64,000 nt of DNA from Octopus sinensis (lineage: Eukaryota), in assembly GCF_006345805.1 (NCBI RefSeq), contig NW_021833284.1:1-64000 (forward strand), given 5' to 3'. Below, one piece after another: positions 51,247 to 64,000 of the stretch. The notes under the pieces were generated by a model. The model was given only the letters and a program-made list of their open reading frames with translations. It made no database searches and had not been told where the DNA came from. The position numbers and the translations under genes are program-made. Numbering within the stretch: position 1 is the stretch's first letter; each line of letters opens with the position of its first letter.

Positions 51247-54200
51247 CTGTCAATATCAATGTCAAAACAGTCGTTGCCGTCACTACCCTCGTGACCGTCA
51301 TCTTTTCTGTCAACACGAGTTCATGTGTGTAGACTACTCCGTGTATCCGAATGGCCAGTGTGACAAGTTCATACGTTGCGTTGGCCACAGACCGATCATC
51401 ATGAATTGTCCGATAAACACGTTGTACAACGTCGTCCTAAGGGTCTGCGATTGGCCCTACGCCGTCGTTTGTACGTCGCCAGCCTTCAGGACCATCAGAA
51501 CCAGCAGGGTTGTCACCGATCACATTACAGTTCCGACATCCACGACAACGACGGAAACGTCCACAGCAACGGTAGACGACGGCTTCAGAGGGGTCAGTGA
51601 CAATGGCATTACTGACAGCGGTGGTGGAGGTGGCATTCACACTAGGACGACATATTGGCTGGTATCATCTTTGCTCTCTTCCTCGGCGATACCACCTGTG
51701 CATGTGACGACAGCATCACCTGTGACAACGATGGAAACATTTCTAACGTCAAAGCTGTCAACTGAAAAAGGTAAATCCTCAAGATTTTTTCAGATTCTAA
51801 TTTGTAAAACTGACCATTGTCCAGAAAGATAATTTATTCAATGTTTTATTTATACAGTGAAGACTTAAGCAATGTGTTCAAAGATGATTAACCCTTTGGA
51901 ATTTAAACCGGCCATCATCATCATCATCATCATCATTGTTTAATGTCCGCTTTCCATGCTAGCATGGGTTGGACGGTTCAACTGGGGTCTGGGAAGCCAG
52001 AAGGCTGCACCAGGCCAGTCATATCTGGTGGTGTTTCTACAGCTGGATGCCCTTCCTAATGCCAACCACTCCATGAGTGTAGTGGGTGCTTTTTACATGC
52101 CACCGACACAGGTGCCAGACGAGGCTGGCGAACGGCCACGCTCGGATGGTGCTTTTTACGTGCCACTGGCACGGATGCCAGGTGAGGCTGGCACGGCCAC
52201 GATCGGATGGTGTTTGTTACGTGCCACCAGCACGGAGGCCAGTTGATGCGGTGCCGGCTATGGCCACGTTCGGATGGTTCTCTTATGTGCCACCGGCACT
52301 GGTACCACAACTACAAATTCCATTGATGTTGATCGATTTCGATTTTGATTTAGTTAGTTAGTTAGTTAGTTAATTTGGCTCAAAAGCAAATAGCAAGGCC
52401 ATATAGGGGGACATGGAGTTAAGTACAGGGTGGTGTTCATGTAAAGAGTTCAGGCCACTTGAGGTCAAGGGAGGCTTTGAACAAAGCGGTCGTCGGCATC
52501 TTCACCATCTCGTCTGGCAGCTTATTCCACGGAGTCGCAACCCGGACGGAGAAAGCTCCTCTCCTTCGATTGAGATGAAATCGTCGCAGGTAGAGCTTTT
52601 CGGAATGACCCCGCAGCCTACGCTCTGGAGCAGGAGTGAAGAACAGCTCTTTCGAGAGGTTACACTTTCCACTTATGATGTTGTGGGCGAGAATGAGATC
52701 ACCACGGCGGCGGCGTTTTTCAAGAGAATAAAGGTCGAGCGTCCTCAGCCATTCTTCGTAGGACAAGCGGGTAGCCAGCATTTGATTTTTTTGATTCATA
52801 TCCAGCCAAAACTGGCCAGATCTGGTCTCTCACACCAACCCTACAATGTCATTTTAAAAATTAACAGCTACCTCATCAAAATCTCAAAGCTACAAGATAA
52901 TGCATGATTAGTTCAAAACAAAGTGGATGAAAAAGCATTAATTTTGGTAGAATAATGCGAACACTAAAAGGTTAATGGGTTGGATGGGTGCTGATGAAGG
53001 AGCAAAAACCCCTGAATTATGGCATATACACCCCTTATCCATTTTTCATCTTTGATCTCATTGTTTGTTTATATCTGATGTCTTGTATACGAAATGTTAT
53101 AGCAAAAATGGTGGTGCCCCAGCATGGCCACAGCTCGTGAGCTGAAACTAGATAAAAAATTTTTTAAATAAAATAAAATAAACAATGGCTATAATTTCTA
53201 TAGAATATCTGAAGAAATAACCTTAACAAAATAATGTTAAAAGCACTGCTATCACAGAAGTACAGGCTGTTGACTTATAAAGACATTTAATATAATTTAT
53301 AGTATAGTATAGTATAGTATAGTATGGTTGTGAAGGTGCATGGCTCAGTGGTTAGAGCTTGCAATCATGAGGTTGTAAGTTTGAATCCCAGACCAGACTG
53401 CGTGTTGTGTTCTTGAGCAAGACTCTTTATTTCATGTTGCTCCAGTTAACTCAACTGTAGAAATGATTTGCGATGTCACAGGTGCCAAGCTGTATTGGCC
53501 CCTTTGCCTTTCCCTTGGGTAACATCAGTGGCGTGAAGAGGGGAGGCCGGTATGCATGGGCAACTGCTGGTCTTCTATAAACAAACTTGCCCGGACTTGT
53601 GCCTTGGAGGGGAACTTTCTAGGTGCAATCCCATGGTCAGTGCTGTGACCAAAAGGGGTCTCAGTATGGTTGCATAGCTAAATGCCATCTACCCACCATT
53701 CATTAATATATCTCTATGATCCCATAAAAAGTATATTCCAAGCTGTATCCAACGTTGATGAAGGGATGCTCCAACGCATCCTTAAAAATGTTTTAGCCCG
53801 AAGGCCGTGGCCATGCTGAGGCAACACCGCCGCATATGAATAGAAATTGAGCATCGTCCAGATGTCTTGCATGCAACCAACGGGGCCCAGCTGGAAGGGT
53901 TCTGATATTTCTAAAAAACCATTATTCATTTATCTTTAATCTTTTATCATTTAGCTTTCACTTGTTTCAGTCATTGCACTGCGGCCATGCTGGGGCATCG
54001 CCCTCAAGAATTTTTAGTTGAATAAATTGCCCCCACTCTCCAGTACTTCTTTTTAAAAAAAAACTTGGTATTTATTCTATCTATAGGCGCAGGAGTGGCT
54101 GTGTGGTAAGTAGCTTGTTTACCAACCACATGGTTCCAGGTTCAGTCCCACTGCGTGGCACCTTGGGCAAGTGTCTTCTGCTATAACCCCGGGCTGACCA

Positions 54201-54764
54201 ATGCCTTGTGAGTGGATTTGGTAGACAGAAACTGAAAGAAGCCTGTCGTATATATGTATATATATATATATATAGGCGCAGGAGTGGCTGTGTGGTAAGT
54301 AGCTTGCTCACCAACCACATGGTTCCGGGTTCAGTCCCACTGCGTGGCACCTTGGGCAAGTGTCTTCTACTATAGCCTCAGGCCGACCAAAGCCTTGTGA
54401 GTTGATTTGGTAGATGGAAACTGAAAGAAGCCCGTCGTATATATGTATATATATATATATGCGTGTGTGTGTTTATGTGTCTGTGTTTGTCCCTCTAGCA
54501 TTGCTTGACAACCGATGCTGGTGTGTTTACGTCCCCGTCACTTAGCGGTTTGGCAAAAGAGGCCGATAGAATAAGTACTGGGCTTACAAAAGAATAAGTC
54601 CTGGGGTCGAGTTGCTCGATTAAAGGCGGTGCTCCAGCATGGCCGCAGTCAAATGACTGAAACAAGTAAAAGAGTAAAGAGTAAAGAGAGTCTCTTTTGC
54701 CGAACTGCTAAGTCACAGCGTATTAACCACACTGATGCTGGTGGTCAAACTGAGGCAGAAGACT

Positions 54765-54805
<41 letters not shown>

Positions 54806-55045
54806 CTGTTAAATTTTTTTTTTTCATTTTTAAAAAATTTTATTCTTATTTCCGAATTCTTTTCAGATGCCTCAATCCATTGTTCCGACTCGATTGCCTG
54901 GAGACCAATCGCAGACCGCGCTTCTCATTGTGAATATTACTATGTCTGTCATTTTGGTCAGCTGTTACACGTTCCGTGCACACCCCCGCTCATCTTCAAT
55001 GCCGTATACAACATCTGTGATAAGAAAGAAAACACAGTGTGTTGA
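51247..55045 (+). CDS. Chitin-binding type-2 (CBM14/peritrophin-A) domain protein, 3' exons 51247-51770 and 54867-55045: CBM14 - Thr/Ser-rich linker - CBM14; 5' exons not identified
   Basis: Exon 1: tttcttgcag acceptor, C...CDKFIRC...CPINTLYNVVLRVCDWPYAVVC then a TST-rich spacer, ends AAA G|gtaaat (phase 1). Exon 2: ttttcag|AT, DASIHC...HCEYYYVCHFGQLLHVPCTPPLIFNAVYNICDKKENTVC*. Both have the six-Cys CBM14 spacing and the phases join. Confidence 0.88.
52351..52790 (-). mobile_element. CR1-clade LINE 3' end (same family as 11119-11482)
   Basis: LSYEEWLRTLDLYSLEKRRRRGDLI...WNKLPDEMV; (CTAA)n tail. Confidence 0.88.
53325..53660 (+). mobile_element. tRNA-derived SINE with a Meta-domain-like core
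   Basis: tggctcagtggttagagc A box; ttgagcaagactcttt...ctccagttaactcaactgt segment. Confidence 0.55.
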
Positions 55046-55826
55046 ACGACCTCAACGATGCTTAGACTCACACCTTCAGAGAAACTCTTTATCTTTCCCT
55101 ATATATATATATACTAGCAGTATCGCCCGGCGTTGCTCGGGTTTGTAAGGGAAATAACTATATAAGCATTTTTAGTGATGTAAAGTATAATAGCCATCTC
55201 AATATGGCTAACCACAAAGGGGGGTGTTACTGTAGCTTTTTATGTTCTGAGATTTAATAATAAATTTTTAGAGAGTTACTTCCCTCATATATATGCCAAA
55301 AATGCATTAAAAATGGGAAAAATTGATGGTAAATTTTTTTTTTAAATCGTAGACTCATCGTAGACGCGCGCTAATACCCAGAAGGGCTCGATATGAATCA
55401 CGACTATAAGATACCCGGTTTTGGTTAAACTGCACCGCAAAATGTGGGAGTAGTTAGGAATCTAAATCGTAGGAGACAGACACACACAACCTCTCTTTTA
55501 TATATAAAGATGTATATATTCCCGGTCTGGGAATTGAAACCGTGATCCTCCGACCGTGAGTTCACTGCCCTAACCACTGGGCCCATTGCGCCTCCACAAT
55601 AATAATAATAATAATAATAACAACAACAACGACAACAATTACACGAATATTCGTTATTTTCCTTTTATTATTTGTATGATATTTATTCAGTGGTCATATG
55701 TGGAGTGTGACCCCTTTTAATTACAGAAAATAAAAGTCCTATATATATATTCCCGGTCTGGAATTGAAACCGCGATCCTCCGACCGTGAGTCCACTGCCC
55801 TAACCACTGGGCCATTGCGCCTCCAC

Positions 55827-55903
<77 letters not shown>

Positions 55904-56444
55904 CAATTACACGAATATTTGTTATTTTCCTTTTATTATTTGTATGATATTTATTCAGTGGTCCCATGTGGAGAGTGACCCCTTTTAATTGCAGAAAATA
56001 AAAGTATCTATTCTAAATCTATGAGGATCATGCTATATCCTAAGGACATCGACAATAACAATAATCCTTTCTACTAAAGGCACAGTGCCTGAAATTTTGG
56101 TGGGCGAGGGGTAGTCGATTGCATTGAGCCCCAGTGCTTAACTGGTACTTATTCAATCGACCCCTAAAGAAGGAAAGGCAAAGTTGACCTCGACAGAACT
56201 TGAACTCAGAACATGACAACAAACAAAATACTGCTGAGCATTTCACCTCGCATGCTAACGATTCTGCCAGCTCATCACCTTCATAATAATAATAATGATA
56301 ATAATAATAATGATAATAATAATTATAACCAGCAGAGCATCACACCAAATCACAGCACATACCCAAGGCACACAGAGCTGCGATCGGTAGTGAAGTGAAA
56401 GCACGCTATAAAAATAAAACTACTGAATAATAATAATAATTATA

Positions 56445-57836
56445 AATGCCCTGATGCAGTACCAGGCAGTGGCTCCCATGGCTTCTGATCTTAACTGATT
56501 GGAAGTGTTATCATGTACATTGTTTTGTCTTGGTATAAAAGATGGACTACAGCAAATATTCTGCTCAATACCACAGATTTGCTAATGCCCTGTTGCAGTA
56601 CCAGGCAGTGGCTCTCATGGCTTCTGGTCTTAACTGATTAGAAGTGTTATCATGTACATTGTTTTGTCTTGGTATAAAAGATGGACTACAGCAAATATTC
56701 TGCTCAATACCACAGATTTGCTAATGCCCTGATGCAGTTACCAGGCAGTGGCTCTCATGGCTTCTGATCTTAACTGATTGGAAGTGCTATCATGTACATT
56801 GTTTTGTCTTGGTATAAAAGATGGACTACAGCAAATATTCTGCTCAATACCACAGATTTGCTAATGCCCTGATGCAGTTCCAGGCAGTGGCTCTCATGGC
56901 TTCTGATCTTAACTGATTGGAAGTGCTATCATGTACATTGTTTTGTCTTGGTATAAAAGATGGACTACAGCAAATATTCTGCTCAATACCACAGATTTGC
57001 TAATGCCCTGATGCAGTTCCAGGCAGTGGCTCTCATGGCTTCTGATCTTAACTGATTGGAAGTGCTATCATGTACATTGTTTTGTCTTGGTATAAAAGAT
57101 GGGCTACAGCAAATATTCTGCTCAATACCACAGATTTGCTAATGCCCTGATGCAGTACCAGACAGTGGCTCTCATGGCTTCTGATCTTAACTGATTGGAA
57201 GTGTTATCATGTACATTGTTTTGTCTTGGTATAAAAGATGGGCTACAGTAAATATTCTGCTCAATACCACAGATTTGCTAATGCCCTGATGCAGTACCAG
57301 ACAGTGGCTCTCATGGCTTCTGATCTTAACTGATTGGAAGTGTTTTCATGTACATTGTTTTGTCTTGGTATAAAAGATGGGCTACAGCAAATATTCTGCT
57401 CAATACCACAGATTTGCTTGTCAATTGTTTGACCTTAATCAGTTGAGCATGTCCCTTAGTGGCTGACGATATGTGCATCTCTGATCACGAGCAGAAATAG
57501 TTGGGGAGCATCATAGCCATGTGTTGAGAGGGATTTTTTGGGGTTTGAATAATTCACCTCTGGAAATATGGGTATTTCATTCAACATCCTTAAACAACCC
57601 TTAATTAGGGACCTTTTGAGCAGGATGGGTTACTTGACCAGAAGAAAATTCTAACTGGGCCCCACCTGCAAGGTCATGTGCTGTTTATCTTGATATGAAA
57701 TCACCATGTCGCGCACATATGGTTGTGGTGCATGTGCCTAGTGTACCCTTATCAGATGAGTAGTCATGATGGGTATACTGGGCTTCGTATATTTTATCCC
57801 AGTGTCACTTTGATGGCATGCGATGCTCTCTCACTC
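56445..57836 (+). mobile_element. (AAT)n-embedded interspersed repeat with its first 139 bp repeated 7 times (56445-57418)
   Basis: Unit starts at 56445, 56584, 56723, 56863, 57002, 57141, 57280; body 57419-57836 is the reverse complement of 4355-4790. Confidence 0.8.
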
Positions 57837-57883
<47 letters not shown>

Positions 57884-57899
57884 CAACAACAAAAACAAC

Positions 57900-58350
57900 A
57901 ACACTGTCCCAATCGATATAAACGTATCTTTCAAAACCTACCAAAAACTGAGTAATTATAAAGATATTGAAATAGAAATCAGCAAAATGTGGAACCTGAA
58001 GACTAAAACAATACCTGTTGTCATAGGTGCCCTAGGAATGATAGCAAAAGGGGCTGATTTCTACCTAGCTCAGATACCAGGAAACCCCAAAATGGCAGAA
58101 ATTCAAAAGATAGTGCTCATGGGAACTGCCCATATCCTACGCAAAATACTTTCTATGTAATCTCAAGTTTTAAAACAAACATAATTTTTGTATGGGTTTT
58201 TAGACATTCTCTAGAACAACACTATGTACAAAACCAAATATATGGCACCCTAGGCATAACACCAACATGAACTTCTAACTTGTTGTCTCTTGAGGTCTCT
58301 GGGTGAGACTTGGGGCCAACTTGTACAAATGCAAAGCAAAAGTCAAACAT
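57900..58350 (+). mobile_element. 3' end of an RLE (restriction-like endonuclease) non-LTR retroelement, R4/Dong-like, embedded in (AAT)n
   Basis: KLSNYKDIEIEISKMWNLKTKTIPVVIGALG...IQKIVLMGTAHILRKIL*, flanked on both sides by AAT runs. Confidence 0.75.
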
Positions 58351-58360
58351 AAGATAATAA

Positions 58361-58408
<48 letters not shown>

Positions 58409-58686
58409 TGATAAAAATAATAATAACAATAATCCTTTCTATTAAAGACACAAGGCCTGAAATTTTGGGGGAGGGGATGGGATGAGTCGATTACATCAAC
58501 CCCAGCGTTTCACTGGTACTTAATTTATTGACCCCTGAAAGGATGTATGTCAAAGTCAACTTGGAGGAATAATAATAATAATAACAACAACAACAACAAC
58601 AACAACAATCAATCAATATTCATTGATAACATACAGAGACACTTGTAACATTAACCTAAACACAATAAATTTTTCCCATTTCACAT

Positions 58687-58853
58687 TCAGCACTTGAAGT
58701 CCTTATTGAAATCACAAATCTGCTTGTCATAATTGAACGTCAGTCCTTTGGGGCATTCGAAGAGCATTCCTTTATATTCGTTGCAATAAATGAATTTCGT
58801 GCAGGCTTTGGGGTGTGGAAATAGTCCATATTTCTTCGGACAGCCGTAAATAT
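58687..58853 (-). CDS. Terminal exon of a second chitin-binding (CBM14) gene: DIYGCPKKYGLFPHPKACTKFIYCNEYKGMLFECPKGLTFNYDKQICDFNKDFKC*
   Basis: Canonical CBM14 pattern (C..G.FPHP..C.KF..C......CP.GL.FN....CD....C); minus-strand acceptor ttgtttttcag at 58854, phase 1, TGA stop. Confidence 0.9.
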
Positions 58854-59140
58854 CTGAAAAACAAGCAGAAGACAAAGTTTACATCCATCGAATGTTTAAA
58901 TATCTGACAGGAACTGGTTGTTAATACAGCACTTGTAATTTTGGGGGAAAATTCATTTTATCTTCAGGGAGAAGCATTTTTGAGTATCATACAGACAGGA
59001 CAGTAATATTTTGAATACAGTATAGCCATGAAAACAGTCGAAAGATTGGACATTTTACCCTTGAGAGGACCCATGAGCCAATTGCACTCGTGCTAGTGGC
59101 CTGTAGAGAACACCTTTTGAGCATTGGGCCTCACGGAGGC

Positions 59141-59972
59141 AAAGTGGCTGAGTTCCTTTCGGGTGCTGGGCCCCATAAAGGTAAAGTGGCTGAGTTCCTT
59201 TCGGGTGTTGGGCCCCATAGAAGTAAAGTGGCTGAGTTCCTTTCGGGTGTTGGGCCCCATAGATTAAAGTGGCTGAGTGCCTTTCGGGTGTTGGGCCCCA
59301 TAGAGGTAAAGTGGCTGAGTTCCTTTCAGGTTTTGGGCCCCATGGAGGTAAAGTGGCTGAGTTCCTTTCGGGTGTTGGGCCCCATAAAGGTAAAGTGGCT
59401 GAGTTCCTTTCGGGTGTTGGGCCCCATAGAGGTAAAATGGCTGAGTTCCTTTCGGGTGTAGGGCCCCATAGAGGCAAAGTGGCTGAGTGCCTTTCGGGTG
59501 TTGGGCCCCATAGAGGCAAAGTGGCTGAGTTCCTTTTGAGTGTTGGGCCCCATAGAGGCAAAGTGGCTGAGTTCCTTTTGAGTGTTGGGCCCCATAGAGG
59601 TAAAGTGGCTGAGTGCCTTTCGGGTGTAGGGCCCCATAGAGGTAAAGTGGCTGAGTGCCTTTCGGGTGTAGGGCCCCATAGAGGTAAAGTGGCTGAGTGC
59701 CTTTCGGGTGTTGGGCCCCATAGAGGTAAAGTGGCTGAGTGCCTTTCGGGTGTTGGGCCCCATAGAGGCAAAGTGGCTGAGTTCCTTTTGAGTGTTGGGC
59801 CCCATAGAGGTAAAGTGGCTGAGTGCCTTTCGGGTGTAGGGCCCCATAGAGGTAAAGTGGCTGAGTGCCTTTCGGGTGTTGGGCCCCATAGAGGTAAAGT
59901 GGCTGAGTGCCTTTCGGGTGTTGGGCCCCATAGAGGCAAAGTGGCTGAGTTCCTTTCGGGTGTTTGGCCCCA
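59141..59972. repeat. 42-bp minisatellite (aaagtggctgagtgcctttcgggtgttgggccccatagaggt), ~20 units, in the intron of the minus-strand CBM14 gene
   Basis: Period 42. Confidence 0.95.
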
Positions 59973-60337
59973 TGGAAGCAATGACCGAGACCTTTGGCAT
60001 TATGTCATGCTTGAGAAGAAGACTCCTCGAGCCGAACAAAGTCACAGTCTTGGCAGATACCGGTGTCACAGAAATTGGCACCCAAGCCGGAAATTGAACT
60101 CACAACCTTTTGACCATGAGCTAAATAGCCTAAACACTAATCCATGAGCTTTCATCCTGGCTTCGTAGTGGTGATGGATTGGCAAAGCTAATAGCTTCAT
60201 GATTTTGACGAAGGATTGTAACTTGTAACAACTCTTTGATCTTGCGTGGCACTTTGGGCAAGAGCTTTCTACTCTAGCCTCAGGCCAACCAAGGCTTTGT
60301 GAATGGATTTGGGAGATGGAAGCTGAGAGAAGCCCAT

Positions 60338-60377
<40 letters not shown>

Positions 60378-60445
60378 TGTAAATGTGTGTGTGTGTGCGT
60401 GTGTGTTTGTGTGTGTGTGTGTTTGTGTGTGTTTGTGTGTGTGTG

Positions 60446-60480
<35 letters not shown>

Positions 60481-60580
60481 TTGTGTGTGTGTTTGTTTGT
60501 GTGTGTGTATGTGTGTGTGTGTGTGTGTTTGTGTAAATGTGTGTGTGTGTGCGTGTGTGTTTGTGTGTGTGTGTGTTTGT

Positions 60581-60625
<45 letters not shown>

Positions 60626-60652
60626 TGTGTGTGCGTGTGTGTTTGTGTGCGT

Positions 60653-60686
<34 letters not shown>

Positions 60687-60878
60687 TTGTGTGTATGTGT
60701 GTGTGTGTGCGTGTGTGTGTGTGTGTGTTTGTGTCTGTGTTTGTGTGTATGTGTGTGTGTGTGCGTGTGTGTGTGTGTGTGTGTGTCACTGCCAGCTCCT
60801 GTCAAACTTGCCAACCAATGCCAGCATGGAAAAAAGGATGTTAATAAATGGCAGTGGTGTTTATGATGATGATGATGA

Positions 60879-61013
<135 letters not shown>

Positions 61014-61048
61014 ATCAGAAAATAGTAGAACCAGTTCGTGTAACTTGC

Positions 61049-61123
61049 CTTTGGAAGGTTTTTCAACGGAAGAACTTCGACTGGGGCCTGGGTCACCTTC
61101 CTTCTGTTGACTGCCAACACTTC
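61049..61123 (-). CDS. Probable upstream linker exon of the minus-strand CBM14 gene (GSVGSQQKEGDPGPSRSSSVEKPSK) with a GC donor
   Basis: Acceptor tcatcctctcacag, 75 nt, phase 1-1, donor AAAG|GCAAGT; joins in frame to 58853; the only unique coding-like island between (GAT)n and a SINE. Confidence 0.55.
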
Positions 61124-61757
61124 CTGTGAGAGGATGAATATATATATAAAAACATCAAAAATACAATAAAACTAATGATTTGTGAGGGAGACATGAAGAA
61201 TTTTTTTTCCAGGGAAGGCCCAGTCAGACATAATGATAAAAACGTTGGCCCTTTTCAAGTCTAGCCAGGCTCATGGGCCCGGTTTCCTAGTTTCTGTGGC
61301 ATATGTGTTCCCCGCAGCTGGACGGGACGCCAGTCCATCGCAGCATTACTCAAGAAACAGGAAGAAAGAGTGAGAGAAAGTTGGGGCAAAAGAGTACAAC
61401 AGGGGTCACCACCATCCCCTGCTGGAACCTCGTGGAGCTTTAGGTGTTTTCGCTCAATAAACACACACAACGCCCGGTGTGGGAATCGAAACCGCGATCC
61501 TCTGACCGCAAGTCTGCTGCCCAAACCACTGGGCCATTGCGCCTCCTTCCCAGTCAGATTTACCGAATTAATATTCTGTTTTATTTTATTGATTCCTGCC
61601 CACTGAGGGATGAAAGGCCAAATAGACTTTCATGGAGTTTGAACTGAGAATGTAAAGAGATCTTGTCAAACATTGCAAGGTATTTTGTTTGACACACAAC
61701 CTACTGCCAAATTATTATTAATAATAATAATCATAATAATAATAATAATTATAATAA

Positions 61758-64000
61758 TGCAGTACCAGGCAGTGGCTCTCATGGCCTCTGATCTTAACTG
61801 ATTGGAAGTGTAATCATGTACATTGTTTTGTCTTGGTATAAAAGATGGGCTACAGCAAATATTCTGCTCAATACCACAGATTTGCTAATGCCCTGATGCA
61901 GTACCAGGCAGTGGCTCTCATGGCTTCTGATCTTAACTGATTGGAAGTGTTATCATGTACATTGTTTTGTCTTGGTATAAAAGATGGGCTACAGCAAATA
62001 TTCTGCTCAATACCACAGATTTGCTAATGCCTTGATGCAGTACCAGGCAGTGGCTCTCATGACTTCTGATCTTAACTGATTGGAAGTGTTATCATGTACA
62101 TTGTTTTGTCTTGGTATAAAAGATGGGCTACAGCAAATATTCTGCTCAATACCACAGATTTGCTAATGCCCTGATGCAGTACCAGGCAGTGGCTCTCATG
62201 GCTTCTGATCTTAACTGATTGGAAGTGTTATCATGTACATTGTTTTGTCTTGGTATAAAAGATGGGCTACAGCAAATATTCTGCTCAATACCACAGATTT
62301 GCTAATGCCTTGATGCAGTACCAGGCAGTGGCTCTCATGACTTCTGATCTTAACTGATTGGAAGTGTTATCATGTACATTGTTTTGTCTTGGTATAAAAG
62401 ATGGGCTACAGCAAATATTCTGCTCAATACCACAGATTTGCTAATGCCCTGATGCAGTACCAGGCAATGGCTCTCATGGCTTCTGATCTTAACTGATTGG
62501 AAGTGTTATCATGTACATTGTTTTGTCTTGGTATAAAAGATGGGCTACAGCAAATATTCTGCTCAATACCACAGATTTGCTAATGCCTTGATGCAGTACC
62601 AGGCAGTGGCTCTCATGACTTCTGATCTTAACTGATTGGAAGTGTTATCATGTACATTGTTTTGTCTTGGTATAAAAGATGGGCTACAGCAAATATTCTG
62701 CTCAATACCACAGATTTGCTAATGCCCTGATGCAGTACCAGGCAGTGGCTCTCATGACTTCTGATCTTAACTGATTGGAAGTGTTATCATGTACATTGTT
62801 TTGTCTTGGTATAAAAGATGGGCTACAACAAATATTCTGCTCAATACCACAGATTTGCTAATGCCTTGATGCAGTACCAGGCAGTGGCTCTCATGACTTC
62901 TGATCTTAACTGATTGGAAGTGTTATCATGTACATTGTTTTGTCTTGGTATAAAAGATGGGCTACAGCAAATATTCTGCTCAATACCACAGATTTGCTAA
63001 TGCCCTGATGCAGTACCAGGCAGTGGCTCTCATGGCTTCTGATCTTAACTGATTGGAAGTGTTATCATGTACATTGTTTTGTCTTGGTATAAAAGATGGG
63101 CTACAGCAAATATTCTGCTCAATACCACAGATTTGCTAATGCCTTGATGCAGTACCAGGCAGTGGCTCTCATGACTTCTGATCTTAACTGATTGGAAGTG
63201 TTATCATGTACATTGTTTTGTCTTGGTATAAAAGATGGGCTACAGCAAATATTCTGCTCAATACCACAGATTTGCTAATGCCCTGATGCAGTACCAGGCA
63301 GTGGCTCTCATGGCTTCTGATCTTAACTGATTGGAAGTGTTATCATGTACATTGTTTTGTCTTGGTATAAAAGATGGGCTACAGCAAATATTCTGCTCAA
63401 TACCACAGATTTGCTAATGCCCTGATGCAGTACCAGGCAGTGGCTCTCATGGCTTCTGATCTTAACTGATTGGAAGTGTTATCATGTACATTGTTTTGTC
63501 TTGGTATAAAAGATGGGCTACAGCAAATATTCTGCTCAATACCACAGATTTGCTAATGCCCTGATGCAGTACCAGGCAGTGGCTCTCATGGCTTCTGATC
63601 TTAACTGATTGGAAGTGTTATCATGTACATTGTTTTGTCTTGGTATAAAAGATGGGCTACAGCAAATATTCTGCTCAATACCACAGATTTGCTAATGCCC
63701 TGATGCAGTACCAGGCAGTGGCTCTCATGGCTTCTGATCTTAACTGATTGGAAGTGTTATCATGTACATTGTTTTGTCTTGGTATAAAAGATGGGCTACA
63801 GCAAATATTCTGCTCAATACCACAGATTTGCTAATGCCCTGATGCAATACCAGGCAGTGGCTCTCATGGCTTCTGATCTTAACTGATTGGAAGTGTTATC
63901 ATGTACATTGTTTTGTCTTGGTATAAAAGATGGGCTACAGCAAATATTCTGCTCAATACCACAGATTTGCTAATGCCCTGATGCAGTAACAGGCAGTGGC
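61758..64000 (+). repeat. 139-bp satellite, ~16 copies, running off the window end; same unit as 56445-57418
   Basis: Unit starts at 61887, 62026, 62165, 62304... Confidence 0.95.

Noticed and set aside
59055-60147. 250-308 aa ORFs with 14-aa repeats on both strands
   Set aside because: 42-bp minisatellite lacking stops by chance; lies in the predicted CBM14 intron with no credible splice sites.

Overview
Repeat-dense animal genomic DNA. The SINE/LINE/microsatellite landscape resembles an octopus (coleoid cephalopod) genome; this is an inference from repeat families, not a database match. Three host genes are supported by manual splicing, and the supplied ORF track misses most of them. (1) The 3' half of nucleoporin NUP88 on +: nine exons from 3904 to 33493, all GT-AG, phase-consistent, 337 aa plus stop. 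(2) A + strand chitin-binding (CBM14/peritrophin-A) gene with exons 51247-51770 and 54867-55045. (3) A convergent - strand CBM14 gene with terminal exon 58853-58687 and a probable upstream exon ending in a GC donor. The rest is largely mobile DNA: RTE-clade and CR1-clade LINE fragments, RLE-type retroelement ends sitting in (AAT)n, several tRNA-derived SINE families, Helentron/Lep1-like non-autonomous elements, a piggyBac-type MITE, a fragmented Tc1 transposase and Penelope-like ends with hammerhead-like motifs. The most notable structure is (a) several local templated-copy events: a satellite junction copied in frame into a deleted LINE, a ~140-bp fold-back inversion, and a Tc1-flank/SINE junction copied 20 kb away; and (b) repeated conversion of TE termini into tandem arrays with higher-order structure. 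Nearly all long ORFs in the supplied track are artefacts of tandem repeats.
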